Source of the DNA: Macrostomum lignano
Lineage: Eukaryota
DNA length: 64,000 nucleotides
Assembly: GCA_002269645.1 (NCBI GenBank)
Contig: NIVC01000621.1
Span: 444,752-508,751, forward strand
Reading direction: 5' to 3'
This document shows, piece after piece, positions 23,801 through 36,597 of this stretch. Below the pieces are notes generated by a model that saw only the letters and a list, made by a program, of their open reading frames with translations, made no database searches and was not told the origin of the DNA. Positions within the stretch are counted from its first letter, which is position 1; the number at the start of each line of letters is the position of its first letter. A program made the translations under genes and the position numbers.

Positions 23801-26800
23801 ATATATACTTATATATACTACTTATTCCAACATGTGCTAGTATTTTGTTGGTGTAGGTTGTTTCCTTTAAATGTTAATATGATACAAAAAAACTGCTTTC
23901 ACCTTTATAAACCTTATCAATGAATTTACAGGTGAAACAAATTGAACACCGTGATGCAGTTCTCACCCCTAAGCAGCAAATTGATCGGCTCAATCGGCCT
24001 GGCAGTAGTTATTTCAATCTCAATCCATTTGATGTGCTTCAGGTAGATACAATTATCTTTCTTAAATGCCTACTTTATCCATAATGGCTAATCCTTCGTC
24101 TTAAAATAATAATTTGTTTGATTCTCGAATATTTGGGTATTGCCTTAAGCTGCAGGGAATTGCAGGGAATCCTCATTAAGCTCCATTAAGGGGATTGCTG
24201 AGATGTCAGGCTTATGGGGGATAGCTGAGATGTCAGGCTTATGGGGGGATTGCTGAGATGTCAGGCTTATGGGGGGATTGCTGAGATGTCAGGCTTATGG
24301 GGGATTGCTGAGATGTCAGGCTTATGGGGGATTGCTGAGATGTCAGGCTTATGGGGGGATTGCTGAGATGTCAGGCTTATGGGGGATTGCTGAGATGTCA
24401 GGCTTATGGGGGGATTGCTAAGGTGTCAAGAATTATGGGGGGATTGCTGAGATGTCAGGCTTATGGGGGGATTGCTGAGATGTCAGGCTTATGGGGGGAT
24501 TGCTGAGATGTCAGGCTTATGGGGGATTGCTGAGATGTCAGGCTTATGGAGGGATTGCTGAGATGTCAAGGCTTGGAGGGATTGCTGAGATGTCAAGACT
24601 TGGAGGGATTGCTGAGATGTCAAGGCTTGGAGGGATTGCTGAGATGTCAAGACTTGGAGGGATTGCTGAGATGTCAAGACTTGGAGGGATTGCTGAGATG
24701 TCAAGGCTTGGGGGGATTGCTGAGATGTCAAGGCTTGGAGGGATTGCTGAGATGTCAAGGCTTGGAGGGATTGCTGAGATGTCAAGACTTGGAGGGATTG
24801 CTGAGATGTCAAGGCTTGGAGGGATTGCTGAGATGTCAAGACTTGGGGGGATTGCTGAGATGTCAAGGCTTGGAGGGATTGCTGAGATGTCAAGACTTGG
24901 AGGGATTGCTGAGATGTCAAGACTTGGAGGGATTGCTGAGATGTCAAGACTTGGAGGGATTGCTGAGATGTCAAGACTTGGAGGGATTGCTGAGATGTCA
25001 AGACTTGGAGGGATTGCTGAGATGTCAAGACTTGGAGGGATTGCTGAGATGTCAAGACTTGGAGGGATTGCTAAGATGTCAAGACTTGGAGGGATTGCTG
25101 AGATGTCAAGACTTGGAGGGATTGCTGAGATGTCAAGACTTGGAGGGATTGCTGAGATGTCAAGACTTGGAGGGATTGCTGAGATGTCAAGACTTGGAGG
25201 GATTGCTGAGATGTCAAGGCTTGGAGGGATTGCTGAGATGTCAAGACTTGGAGGGATTGCTGAGATGTCAAGACTTGGAGGGATTGCTGAGATGTCAAGA
25301 CTTGGAGGGATTGCTGAGATGTCAAGACTTGGAGGGATTGCTGAGATGTCAAGACTTGGAGGGATTGCTGAGATGTCAAGACTTGGAGGGATTGCTGAGA
25401 TGTCAAGACTTGGAGGGATTGCTGAGATGTCAAGGCTTGGAGGGATTGCTGAGATGTCAAGACTTGAGTCAGAAGCTACATGTAGTTTATTATAAAAATT
25501 ATTCTGTTGTTTGTTGGCTTCCCAATACATCCCAATACATATGCAAGACATCTTTGTCCCTAATAATGTTTATAAAACTGAAGATTGAAGAATGAATTCT
25601 TTTAAGAAAATGTGCCTAGTTATTTGAATGGATTCTAGTTTTAAATAATTTTCGTCCTTTGCTTATTGGCCCCCCCGAAGGGGGGGCACTCGATTGCTAG
25701 TCCTCACTAAGCTCCTCAAACCCCACCCCTTGAACCAAGGTGGACCCAGAGACGCCGCTAACCGAGATCAAAAAGAAATACCGCCAAATGTCTCTGCTGG
25801 TACATCCGGACAAGAACCCGGGCACCGATAGAGACAGAGCTCAGCGCGCTTTCGAAGCTTGCAATCGAGCCTTCAAAACTTTGGACACTGACGAAGGATA
25901 TAAGCGCTGCTTAGAGATTGTTGAGGAGGCCAAACGGAAAGTGGCCGAATCTATGGACGAGAAAAGGAAACGGAGGCGAAAGGAGGGATTGGTGAGTAGC
26001 CTCAGTAGATGTCACCATCCCTTTTATCTTTCAGTAGATGCCATCACCCTCTGATATTTCAGTAGAAGCCGCTATCCTCTTTGATCTCTCATTAGATGCC
26101 GATGTTCTATTTGATCTTTCAGTAAATGCCGCTATTCTCTTTGATTTTTCAGTAGATGCCGCTATTATTTTTTATCTGTCATTAGATGCCGCTGTTCTCT
26201 TTGATCTTTCAGTAAATGCCGCTATTCTCTTTGATCTTTCAGTATATGCCGCTATTCTCTTTGATCTTTCAGTAGATGCCGCGATTCTCTTTGATCTTTC
26301 AGTAAATGCCGCTATTCTCTTTGATCTTCAGTAGATGCCGCTATTCTCTTTGATCTTTCAGTAGATGCCGCGATTCTCTTTGATCTTTCAGTAAATGCCG
26401 CTATTCTCTTTGATCTTTCAGTAGATGCCGCTATTCTCTTTGATTTTTCAGTAGATGCCGCTATTCTCTTTGATTTTTCAGTAGATGCAGCTATTCTCTT
26501 TGATCTCTCCTTAGATGCCGATATTCTCTTTGATCTTTTATTAGATGCCGCTATTCTCTTTAATCTTCAGTAGTTGCCACTATTCTCTTTAATCTTTTAT
26601 TAGATGCCGCTATTCTCTTTGATTTTTCAGTAGACGCCGCTATTCTTTTTGATCTCTCCTTAGATGCCGATATTCTCTTTAATCTTCAGTAGATGCCACT
26701 ATTCTCTTTAATCTTTTATTAGATGCCGCTATTCTCTTTGATTTTTCAGTAGACGCCGCTATTCTTTTTGATCTTTCATTAGATGCCGCTATCCTCTTTA

Positions 26801-27535
26801 ATCTCTCCTTAGATGCCGATATTCTCTTTGATCTTTTATTAGATGCCGCTATTCTCTTTAATCTTCAGTAGATGCCACTATTCTCTTTAATCTTTTATTA
26901 GATGCCGCTATTCTTTTTGATCTTTCAATAGATGCCGCTATTCTCTTTGATCTCTCCTTGGATGCCAATATTCTCTTTGATATTTCATTAGATGCCGCTG
27001 TTCTCTTTGATTTTTTAGTAGATGCCGCTATTCTCTTTAATCTTTCAGTAAATGCCGCCTATCTTATACCCAGTTAAGCAGGCCCGTAAATCAGTCTAGT
27101 GCAACCAACCAACTGCACCCGCAGAGCTCCGAGATTGAAGAGGACGATCCCGCTGGCCACCGCAAGGCGGTGTACGTGCAGACCTGTCGCCTATTCGCCG
27201 ACCTGGAGAAACTGCGCCAGAACGAGGAGACCAGAGCCGCCAATGAGAGGAAGCGCAAAGCGGTAGAAGAGGAGGCGGCAAAAGAAGCCAAAGAGCACCA
27301 GCGGGAGTGGCAGAAAAATTTTGAAGAATCTCGCCACGAACGAACTCAGAGTTGGAGAAGCTTTAATGCAGCTGGGCCTGCTGCTGCTTCATCTGCCCCA
27401 GCCGCTGTTCCCAGCTCCGGAGAATCATTGCCTAAAAAGAAGAAAAAAGCAAAGAAAGGCAAAGGCAATCAGTTAGGCTTCGGATTTCGACCGCCGAAGC
27501 ATAAAGCTGAGGAGAGGCCTCAGAATCAGAGTTGA
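17822..27535 (+). CDS. DNAJC8: DnaJ homolog subfamily C member 8, 4 exons, 274 aa
   Basis: Exons 17822-17872, 23932-24042, 25740-25991 and 27125-27535 total 825 nt; all phase 0, GT-AG. Reads FQKFYEE|VKQIEHRDAVLTPKQQIDRLNRPGSSYFNLNPFDVLQ|VDPE...LLVHPDKN (J-domain HPD)...EEDDP...REWQKNFEESR...FRPPKHKAE. Confidence 0.97.
18510..21339. repeat. ~2.8-kb imperfect foldback (long inverted repeat) in DNAJC8 intron 1
   Basis: 18510-18710 pairs with 21130-21339, 19350-19620 with 20460-20700, and 19850-20035 with 20110-20340. Loop at about 20040-20110. Confidence 0.85.
18921..19440. repeat. Three near-identical tandem copies of a 177-178-bp unit within the left foldback arm
   Basis: aaggattggaaaattgcatt starts at 18921, 19099 and 19276. 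Confidence 0.95.
23169..23453. mobile_element. Probable hAT-type MITE (285 bp)
   Basis: 12-bp TIR (t/c)agtgctgccac at 23169-23180 and 23442-23453. The 8-bp flanks aatatagt and gatgtagc differ only by 3 transitions, consistent with a decayed TSD. Confidence 0.55.
24190..25467. repeat. 27-bp minisatellite (ggattgctgagatgtcaagacttggag) in DNAJC8 intron 2
   Basis: About 47 copies in two subtypes (ggcttatgggg on the left, gacttggaggg on the right). Source of the 330-aa spurious ORFs. Confidence 0.97.
25669..25701 (+). mobile_element. Helitron-like 3' terminus (GC hairpin + CTAG|T)
   Basis: 8-bp stem gccccccc-gaa-gggggggc at 25669-25687, a 9-nt spacer, CTAG at 25697-25700, then T. The 5' end was not identified. 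Confidence 0.45.
26020..27058. repeat. 30-bp minisatellite (cagtagatgccgctattctctttgatcttt) filling DNAJC8 intron 3
   Basis: About 34 copies. Confidence 0.95.
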
Positions 27536-27659
27536 ATCCAGTTTTGCCGACTTGATGATCCCAGTTTAGTGCTTTTAATTTCTCGCCGTTCTGTTATAGC
27601 TGTTGCTGTTCTTGGCTTTGTTTCAGGAAAAGGAACCTTTTCTTTTGCAATAATGGCTC

Positions 27660-27880
27660 TATCTCCCATGAAAATCGCCCTCTCTCCTATGAGAATCGCC
27701 CTCCATCTCCTATGAGAATCGCCCTCGATCTCCTATGAGAATCGCCCTAGATCTCCTATGAGAATCGCCCTCCATCTCCTATGTGAATCGCCCTCCATAT
27801 CCTATGAGAATCGCCCTCCATCTCCGATGAGAATTGCCCTCTCTCCTATGAGAATCGCCCTTAATCTCCTATGAGAATCG
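27660..27880. repeat. ~23-bp minisatellite (ctcctatgagaatcgccctccat) just downstream of the DNAJC8 stop
   Basis: About 9 copies. Confidence 0.9.
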
Positions 27881-28524
27881 TCCTTCCTTTTGCTTAAATT
27901 ATTAGTTTCTAAGAAGGTTCTTAGTCATGCGATTGAACATATAATAAAAACCGCAACTAAAATCTACTAGCCTACTGCATCGTAAATTTCAAGTAGTATG
28001 TGTCGAGTTTGCTTGTTTTTCTGTATTGTGCATTTTATATTTAGTAATACCTAATTCTGCCTATGCATATAATAAATTTAAGGTGTCATCAGCAACGTCG
28101 TTTAACTAGGAAAGGTTTAGTGTAAAAAACTCATTTTATGCTAATTTTTGTCTAAACTTCATTGCTTCATGATGGCCTAAGGCTATTTTTTTAATGAGTT
28201 TTAACTGAACTTTACAATTGTAATTTCCTTAGCACATTTGCATAGGCAATTTCGATAAAATTCTCTACTTAGAATAGCTCTGCTCAAACTTTATAGTGTT
28301 GGGCAAATTTGTTCTCAGCTAGTATGCCTTCTCCTATCGTCTGTTAAGCTGCTTGAGTTCGCTTGGTAACTGCTCAGCTTATGTCGGAGATCCAGACTTT
28401 AGTATCGAGCTCAAATTTTTAATCCTATTTTTGCTATGTGCACTTTCTGTAGGCCTGGCCTTAAAGGCACACGCTATGAGGTTAATTTGATGCATTGGCT
28501 GCTACTTCTGGGTCTACGTGTGCT

Positions 28525-29280
28525 TGCCACCAGCCTCCCAGATCCTCAGTTGCTGGGTCAGCCTCCCAGATCCTCAGTTGCTGGGCCAGCCTCCCAGATG
28601 CTCAGTTGCTGGATCAGCCTCCCAGAGTGTCAGTTGCTGGGCCAGCCTCCCAGATCCTCAGTTGCTGGACCAGCCTCCCAGATTCCTCAGTTGCTGGGCC
28701 ACCAGCCTCCCAGATCCTCAATTGCTGGGCCAGCCTCCCAGATCCTCAATTGCTGGACCAGCCTCCCAGATCCTCAATTGCTGGGCCAGCCTCCTAGATC
28801 CTCAATTGCTGGGCCAGCCTCCCAGATCCTCAATTTCTGGGCCAGCCTCCCAGATCCTCAATTGCTGGGCCAGCCTCCCAGATCCTCAATTGCTGGGCCA
28901 GCCTCCCAGATCCTCAATTGCTGGGCCAGCCTCCCAGATCCTCAATTGCTGGGCCAGCCTCCCAGATCCTCAATTGCTGGGCCAGCCTCCCAGATCCTCA
29001 ATTGCTGGGCCAGCCTCCCAGATCCTCAATTGCTGGGCCAGCCTCCCAGATCCTCAATTGCTGGGCCAGCCTCCCAGATCCTCAATTGCTGGGCCAGCCT
29101 CCCAGATCCTCAATTTCTGGGCCAGCCTCCCAGATCCTCAATTGCTGGGCCAGCCTCCCAGATCCTCAATTGCTGGGCCAGCCTCCCAGATCCTCAATTG
29201 CTGGGCCAGCCTCCCAGATCCTCAATTGCTGGGCCAGCCTCCCAGATCCTCAATTTCTGGGCCAGCCTCCCAGATCCTCA
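28525..29280. repeat. 28-bp minisatellite (gccagcctcccagatcctcaattgctgg)
   Basis: About 27 copies; explains the ORFs at 28436-29381. Confidence 0.95.
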
Positions 29281-30147
29281 AGTGTCCAATGCCACACTGC
29301 TGTAATCTAAATGATAAGACATCACGACCCCAGAAGCGTTGGTGCCTACTGGATTCTACCTTGTTTTTTTGCCAACCTTGACTACCCACTGGTCTTGCGA
29401 TCCACCTTGCGATGTGGGTGGGATCTAAAAGGGAAAGTTTTCCCCTTAGCAGGCGGTCCTTGAACATGCGAGGGATTCGGCCTGGGGCCATTAGTCACGG
29501 CTGCATAATCTGTTATGGTTATCTGTGCATAACCCTCCCCCCCCCAACTGTTCACGTGGTCAGCGAGGTTGCTGGGGGAAGGTGGGATCTGCTGGAATGA
29601 CAGGGACAGGTGGTGACACTCTGGGGGCAGGGGACGATTCGGTAAAACTGCAGTTTAACACAGTTTACATGAGAAATATTAAGGTTTCTCCTCACCTCGT
29701 GCCTTGCTATCATCCATATCGAACGAATTTTGCTTTTGTTGGCTGCATGGCGGTTTGCTTCGGAAAAGTTCAAAGGGAATACGAGCTATATGTAAAATAT
29801 GATGATGGCGAACTTTCCAGGAGAACGAGAATTATCGATGAAGTGAATATTCGCGGCTTGTCATATTATACATATTTATGCTTTGCTAAAATTCTCCAAA
29901 TAATGCAAGCTGAAGTGTTGATCTAGCTAAGAGAAATGACATTGCAATGCAAACTATTCTGTGTATGCCACGTTGGGGCCGGGTCCCTTGAAGGGAATTT
30001 ATCCCATTCAGCGTCTACCGAACGCTGTTTAGTGAATTCCCTTCACTTCACCTGCTGCTGGGCATGGCGAATTTTTTTCTGACAGTGTTAAAGCGGTACT
30101 GCTGCACGGGTTGTGTGCTATTTTGCTGTGTAGCTGCACTGGTAGGT

Positions 30148-30459
30148 AGTTAGATAGAGAGATAGATAGGCAGACAGATAGATAGACAGACAAATAGATA
30201 GATACATACATAGATCGATAGATACATAGATAGATCGATAGATAGATACATACATAGATAGATAGATCAATAGATAGATAGATAGACAGACAGACAGATA
30301 GATAGACAGATAGACAGACAGACAGACAGATAGATAGACAGATAGACAGACAGACAGATAGATATACCGACAGATAGATAGATAGATAGATAGGCAGACA
30401 GATAGATAGATAGATAGATAGACCGACAGATAGATAGATAGATAGATAGGCAGACAGAT

Positions 30460-30501
<42 letters not shown>

Positions 30502-30750
30502 GCAGACAGATAGATAGATAGATAGATAGATAGGCAGACAGATAGATAGATAGATAGATAGGGAGACAGATAGATAGACAGACAGATAGATAGACAGATA
30601 GACAGACAGATAGACCGACAGATAGATAGATAGATAGATAGATAGGCAGACAGATAAATAGATAGATAGATAGATAGATAGGCAGACAGATAGATACTCG
30701 TAGATAGATAGATAGGCAGACAGATAGATAGATAGGCAGACAGATAGATA
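30148..30750. repeat. Compound (GATA/GACA)n microsatellite
   Basis: Visible tetranucleotide mosaic. Confidence 0.95.
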
Positions 30751-31599
30751 GAAGAGTTGCCCAGTCGTCAAACGCAGGCACCCCTTCCCTGATTTTAAGC
30801 CTTCTGAGCTGCCACTACGCCATTTTAATCCGAGCGGTCTCACCTACTCTCTGCAGCCCTGTCTTTAGCGAGAATGAAATCTCGCTAAATACCGCCTCTT
30901 ACGAAAAAACTTGGTAGCTATGCCAACTTTGGCGAAGTGAACTGCAAGTGCTCAGATTGACCTGCTGCTTTGGCGGCGGCAAACATGAAAGACCTGGAGT
31001 ATATATACCGTATGTATAAGAAAAGCCAGGTCAAATAGTGCTCCATTCTTCCGCGGATCTTGAAATCCTCTACACACTGAATTATATCCACCTGATCCTG
31101 ATCACCCTTTCCCTTGTGAGCAGTGCTCAAGTTGTAGAAGCTTGGGTTAAGCGTTAAGGCAATAAATTTTCGATTTCTTCCCTGAAGCATCCTTTGTGTG
31201 GATGGTGCACATGCGGGTGAAAGGCACACGCATCCTTATAATTATCAACAACACTGTGCGGGTACGAACGGTGTTCTCACTCCTCCCCCCTCTCTTTCTA
31301 ACTTTCAGATTAGCCAACCCCTTTAGCTGATGGTAGATTAGCGCTGGCCTAGTTCCATAATTTAATTACACGTGTGTGTTCTCAAGTTTTAATGGTGCCT
31401 AAAAATTATGACCCTGTTCAAATAATACCCCCTGCTAATCAGTGTTGCGCTGTTGTAAAATTATTGCCACGTAAGTTACACGTAGGTTGAGAGGCCATGT
31501 GCCTTGTAAAGACAGATCAAGGGAGCGATTTTGACATGCAAATTGATGAATACTTGGTACGTTAAAATAAATATATAGGCAACAAAGAAATAGGTGAGA

Positions 31600-32165
31600 G
31601 GGACTGGTAGATCAGGAGAGAGTGACGGGTAGGTCAGGGTAGAGTGACTGGTAGATCAGGAGAGAGTGACGGGTAGGTCAGGAGAGAGTGACGGGTAGAT
31701 CAGGGGACAGTGACTGGTAGATCAGGAGAGAGTGACTGGTAGATCAGGGGACAGTGACTGGTAGATCAAGAGAGAGTGACTGGTAGATCAGGAGAGAGTG
31801 ACTGGTAGATCAGGAGAGAGTGACTGGTAGATCAGGAGAGAGTGACTGGTAGATCAGGAGAGAGTGACTGGTAGATCAGGAGAGAGTGACGGGTAGATCA
31901 GGAGAGGGTGACTGGTAGATCAGGAGAGAGTGACTGGTAGATCAGGAGAGAGTGACTGGTAGATCAGGAGAGAGTGACTGGTAGATCAGGAGAGAGTGAC
32001 TGGTAGATCAGGAGAGAGTGACTGGTAGATCAGGAGAGAGTGACTGGTAGATCAGGAGAGAGTGACGGGTAGATCAGGAGAGGGTGACTGGTAGATCAGT
32101 AGACAGTGACTGGTAGATCAGGAGAGAGTGACTGGTAGATCAGTAGACAGTGACTGGTAGATCAG
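31600..32165. repeat. 22-bp minisatellite (gtgactggtagatcaggagaga)
   Basis: About 25 copies. Confidence 0.95.
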
Positions 32166-32644
32166 CAAAGAGTTCATTTATTGTTTAAAAGCGACTGCGG
32201 CAGATGTTGGCATTGCCAAAACTCCCGGATTAGAAAGTGTCCTTTAGCTCGTCAACTGACGCGAAGGCTTAATGAAGCTCGCGAAGCTGAGTCTGCCGAA
32301 ATAAGCGCGGGTTTACTCTAAAATATTCATAATTAAATCGATCTATCGACTGTTTATCTCAACCCCTCGCGCGCTTCCAGTGAACACTGTCCAGTCAGTT
32401 ACCATCCACAACACAGCAACCCCCAAGCCCCAAATTCGAAGTGCGCTGCGCATATTTTTATAACTCGAATGCAGAACGGGGGACTGTCGGTAGTTAGGCT
32501 GCCAGTGTCTTTTTTACCAAAAATTAGGGCGGCTTTTTGAACAAAGGATTGCAGCGTGACGGCTCATTGGCAAAGATGGATGACATTTCTGGTAAGATCT
32601 TATTAAACTGTCTGCCCATTTTTGTAGACTTTTACTGTAGCAGA

Positions 32645-33240
32645 CGTTGATTTTAGTGGCGCCGTCTCTGACTTTGACTGTTGTGGCGCCGTGTCTGACT
32701 TTGATTGTGTTGGCGCCGTGTCTGACTTTGATTGTGTTGGCGCCGTGTCTGACTTTGATTGTGTTGGCGCCGTGTCTGACTTTGATTGTGTTGGCGCCGT
32801 GTCTGACTTTGATTGTTGTAGCGCCGTGTCTGACTTTTATTGTGTTGGCGCTGTGTCTGGCTTTGATTGTGTTGGCGCCGTGTCTGACTTTGATTGTGTT
32901 GGCGCCGTGTCTGACTTTGATTGTGTTGGCGCGGTCTCTGACTTTGATTGTTTTGGCGCCGTGTCTGACTTTGATTGTTGTGGCGCCGTGTCTGACTTTG
33001 ATTGTTGTAGCGCCGTGTCTGACTTTGATTGTTGTGGCGCCGTGTCTGACTTTGATTGTTGTGGCGCCGTGTCTGACTTTGATTGTTGTGGCGCCGTGTC
33101 TGACTTTGATTGTTGTGGCGCCGTGTCTGACCTTGATTGTTGTAACGCCGTGTCTGACCTTGATTGTTGTGGTGCCGTGTCTGACCTTGATTGTTTTGGC
33201 GCCGTCTCTGAATTTTATTGTGTTGGCGCCGTCTTTAGCG
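32645..33240. repeat. 27-bp GGCGCC-core minisatellite (gactttgattgtgttggcgccgtgtct)
   Basis: About 22 copies. Confidence 0.95.
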
Positions 33241-34800
33241 CCACAACAGACGCTGTAGAGCGCCACAACGGTACAGACACTGGAATATTAGCGGCACAAC
33301 ATGCACTGAAGAGCGCCACAACTCACTGGAGAGCGCCACAACAGGCACTGGAGAGCGCCACAACACACTGGAGAGCGCCACAACACACTGAAGAGCGCCA
33401 CAACAGGCACTGGAGAGCGCCACAAAAGGCACTAGTGAGCGCCACAACACACTGAAAAGCGCCACAACAGGAACTGGAGAGTGTCACAACACACTGGAGA
33501 GCGCCACAACACACTGGAGAGCGCCACAACACACTGGAGAGCGCCACAACACACTGGAGAGTGCCACAACACACTGGAGAGTGCCACAACACACTGGAGA
33601 GCGCCACAACAGGCACTGGAGAGCGCCACAACAGGCACTGGAGAACGCCACAAAAGGCACTAGTGAGCGCCACAACACACTGAAGAGCGCCACAACAGGC
33701 ACTAGTGAGCGCCACAACACACTGGAGAGCGCCACAACAGGCACTAATGAGCGCCACAGCACACTGAAGAGCGCCACAACAGGCACTAATGAGCGCCACA
33801 GCACACTGAAGAGCGCCACAACAGGCACTGGAGAGTGTCACAACACACTGGAGAGCGTCACAACACACTGGAGAGCGCCACAACACACTGGAGAGCGCCA
33901 CAACACACTGGAGAGCGCAACAACACACTGGAGAGTGCCACAACACACTGGAGAGCGCCACAGCACACTGAAGAGCGCCACAACAGGCACTGGAGAGTGT
34001 CACAACACACTGGAGAGCGTCACAACACACTAGAGAGCGCCACAACACACTGGAGAGCGCCACAACACACTGGAGAGCGCCACAACACACTGGAGAGTGC
34101 CACAACACACTGGAGAGCGCCACAACACACTGGAGAGCGCCACAACACACTGGAGAGTGCCACAACACACTGGAGAGCGCCACAACACACTGGAGAACGC
34201 CACAACAGGCACTGGAGAGTGTCACAACACACTGGAGAGCGTCACAACAGGCACTGGAGAGTGTCACAACACACTGGAGAACGCCACAACAGGCACTGGA
34301 GAGTGTCACAACACACTGGAGAGCGTCACAACACACTGGAGAGCGCCACAACACACTGGAGAGCGCCACAACAGGCACTGGAGAGCGCCACAACAGGCAC
34401 TGGAGAGCGCCACAAAAGGCACTAGTGAGCGCCACAACACACTGAAAAGCGCCACAACAGGCACTGGAGAGTGTCACAACACACTGGAGAGCGTCACAAC
34501 ACACTGGAGAGCGCCACAAAAGTCACTAGAGAGCGCCACAACAGGCACTGGAGAGTGTCACAACACACTGGAGAGCGTCACAACACACTGGAGAGCGCCA
34601 CAAAAGTCACTAGAGAGCGCCACAACAGGCACTGGAGAGTGTCACAACACACTGGAGAGCGTCACAACACACTGGAGAGCGCCACAAAAGTCACTAGAGA
34701 GCGCCACAACAGGCACTGGAGAGTATCACAACACACTGGAGAGCGTCACAACACACTGGAGAGCGCCACAAAAGTCACTAGAGAGCGCCACAACAGACAC
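33235..34800. repeat. 20/22-bp minisatellite (gagcgccacaac[ag]acactgga)
   Basis: About 75 copies. The core gcgccacaac is the reverse complement of gttgtggcgc in the adjacent array. Confidence 0.95.
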
Positions 34801-35389
34801 CACAATTCTAGCGCCCTATATGCACTAATTTTAGTCCAAACCACTCTCTATAGGCTACAGCTTTTTATGGCCTTCGGAGACGAGACTTGGAACTGCAAAA
34901 TGTGTAGACAGGCCGGGGCGAACAGAAATCATTTCTTTTCAACACACACTCGAGAAAGGATGAGTTGGGAGAAGGAAATTGCGGACGAGCTCTCCTCTTT
35001 TGCTTTAGCGGAGGCAGGGCATCCCGTCCTGCTCTGCTTTTTAATCGGTCTGATGGTTGCTCCATCTACTTCGACTTTGTGGCCTGGTTTTGCTTATCCA
35101 CTCTCTGGCTGCATGGATGGGCCCTCCGGGGGTCGGGACTGTTTGGATGCGAGCTGACCATCTCCCGCCAGAGTTTGCTCAGCTCCAGGAAAAACTGGTC
35201 CAGAGTTGAACTTTAATTATACTACTATTGAGTTTAAATTGTGTTGTTTTCTGATTGAAAAAGTTCATCTTGTGTACCTGATTGTGCTTTTATTACTGGG
35301 AAGGCTCATTTTTGTGTTGATGTCGGGTATCAAGTAATAGTTTTTCCCCTCTGTGAATTTAATGATCCTAGTGGGGTTGGGAAAGCTAA

Positions 35390-36130
35390 AAGAGGGGAGA
35401 GGATAAAGGAGATGGATGAGAGGAAATGAGGGAGCTGGAAGACAGGAAAAAATGGAGAGGGGAAAAGAGAAGAGAGAGGAGAGAGGAGATGAGCGGAGAT
35501 AGAGCAGAGACCAAAGGGTAAAGAGAGAAGAGGGGAGAGGAGAAGATCGGAGAGGAGAGGAGAGAGAAGAGGGGAGAGGAGAGGGGAGAGAGTAGAGAGA
35601 GAAGAGGGGAGGGAAGTGAGAAGAGAGGAGATGAGCGGAGATAGAGCAGAGACTAGAAAGTATAGAGAGAAGAGGGGAAAGCAGAAGATCGGAGAGGAGA
35701 GGGGAGAGAGGAGAGGGGAGAGAGGAGAGGGGAGAGAGGAGAGGGGAGAGAGGAGAGGGGAGAAGGGAGAGAGAGGAGAGAGAAGAGAGGAGAGAGGAGA
35801 GGGGATAGGAGAGGAGAAAGGAGAGGAGAGAGGAGAGGGGAGAGAGAGGAGAGAGGAGAGGAGAGGAGAGAGCTAGGAGAGAGAGCCGGGAGGAGAGGGG
35901 AGAGAGTAGAGAGAGAAGAGGGGAGGGATGAGAGAAGAGAGGAGAGAGGAGATGAGCGGAGACTAGAAAGTATAGAGAGAAGAGGGGAAAGCAGAAGATC
36001 GGAGAGGAGAGGGAAGAGGAGAGAGCTAGAAGAGAGAGAGCCGGGGGGAGAGGGGAGAGAGTAGAGAGAGAAGAGGGGAGGGATGAGAGAAGAGAGGAAA
36101 AGGGACAATAGCGAAAGAAAAGAAGGTAAG
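35390..36130. repeat. GA-rich polypurine low-complexity tract
   Basis: Almost exclusively G/A, with internal duplications. Confidence 0.9.
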
Positions 36131-36597
36131 ATAGAGAGAGATATACAATTTTATATATAATTTAGGATGCTGGAAGACATCAGAGAGATAAGGTGGAGCA
36201 GGGAAGAGAAATGTGAATGAGAATAAAGAAGTATTGCACGAGACGCCACAGAGATGTCCGCATCAGTCGCTGCAGTCCACACCCCTCAGAACTGAGCACT
36301 TGTAGGCTCGCATCAGAAGCGGCAATAAGTTCTCAATATTCCAAAAAAGTTGACTGAAAAAAACAAAGCACAAACGGATGGTAATGACCCAAGCTTTGGG
36401 TTTTTCAGTATTGCTTTTAGCTAGCGTGATGATCAATTCGTAAAAGGTGACAGTAGACGATACAATGTCACGCAAACTAAACAAAACACTGTTGATGTCC
36501 ACTGAGCTTAATGGGACTACTCAGACTCGGGGTCATCAGTTATTTTCAAAATAGCGTCTTTTTATTGTCAGTTTTGGGAGAACTCGAAATTTTCTAT

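Noticed and set aside
24489-25595. 330-350-aa ORFs on both strands (also 12049-13476, 28436-29381, 32514-34828, 41666-42586, 54908-55730, 56653-58374, 59014-59754)
   Set aside because: They are translations of stop-free tandem repeats, open in several frames at once, and several lie inside introns of validated genes.
29525-29926. 133-aa plus-strand ORF (also 30918-31229, 48188-48778, 62126-62552)
   Set aside because: No recognisable domain, start context or splice linkage. 62126-62552 overlaps the true EGF exon in other frames or on the other strand.
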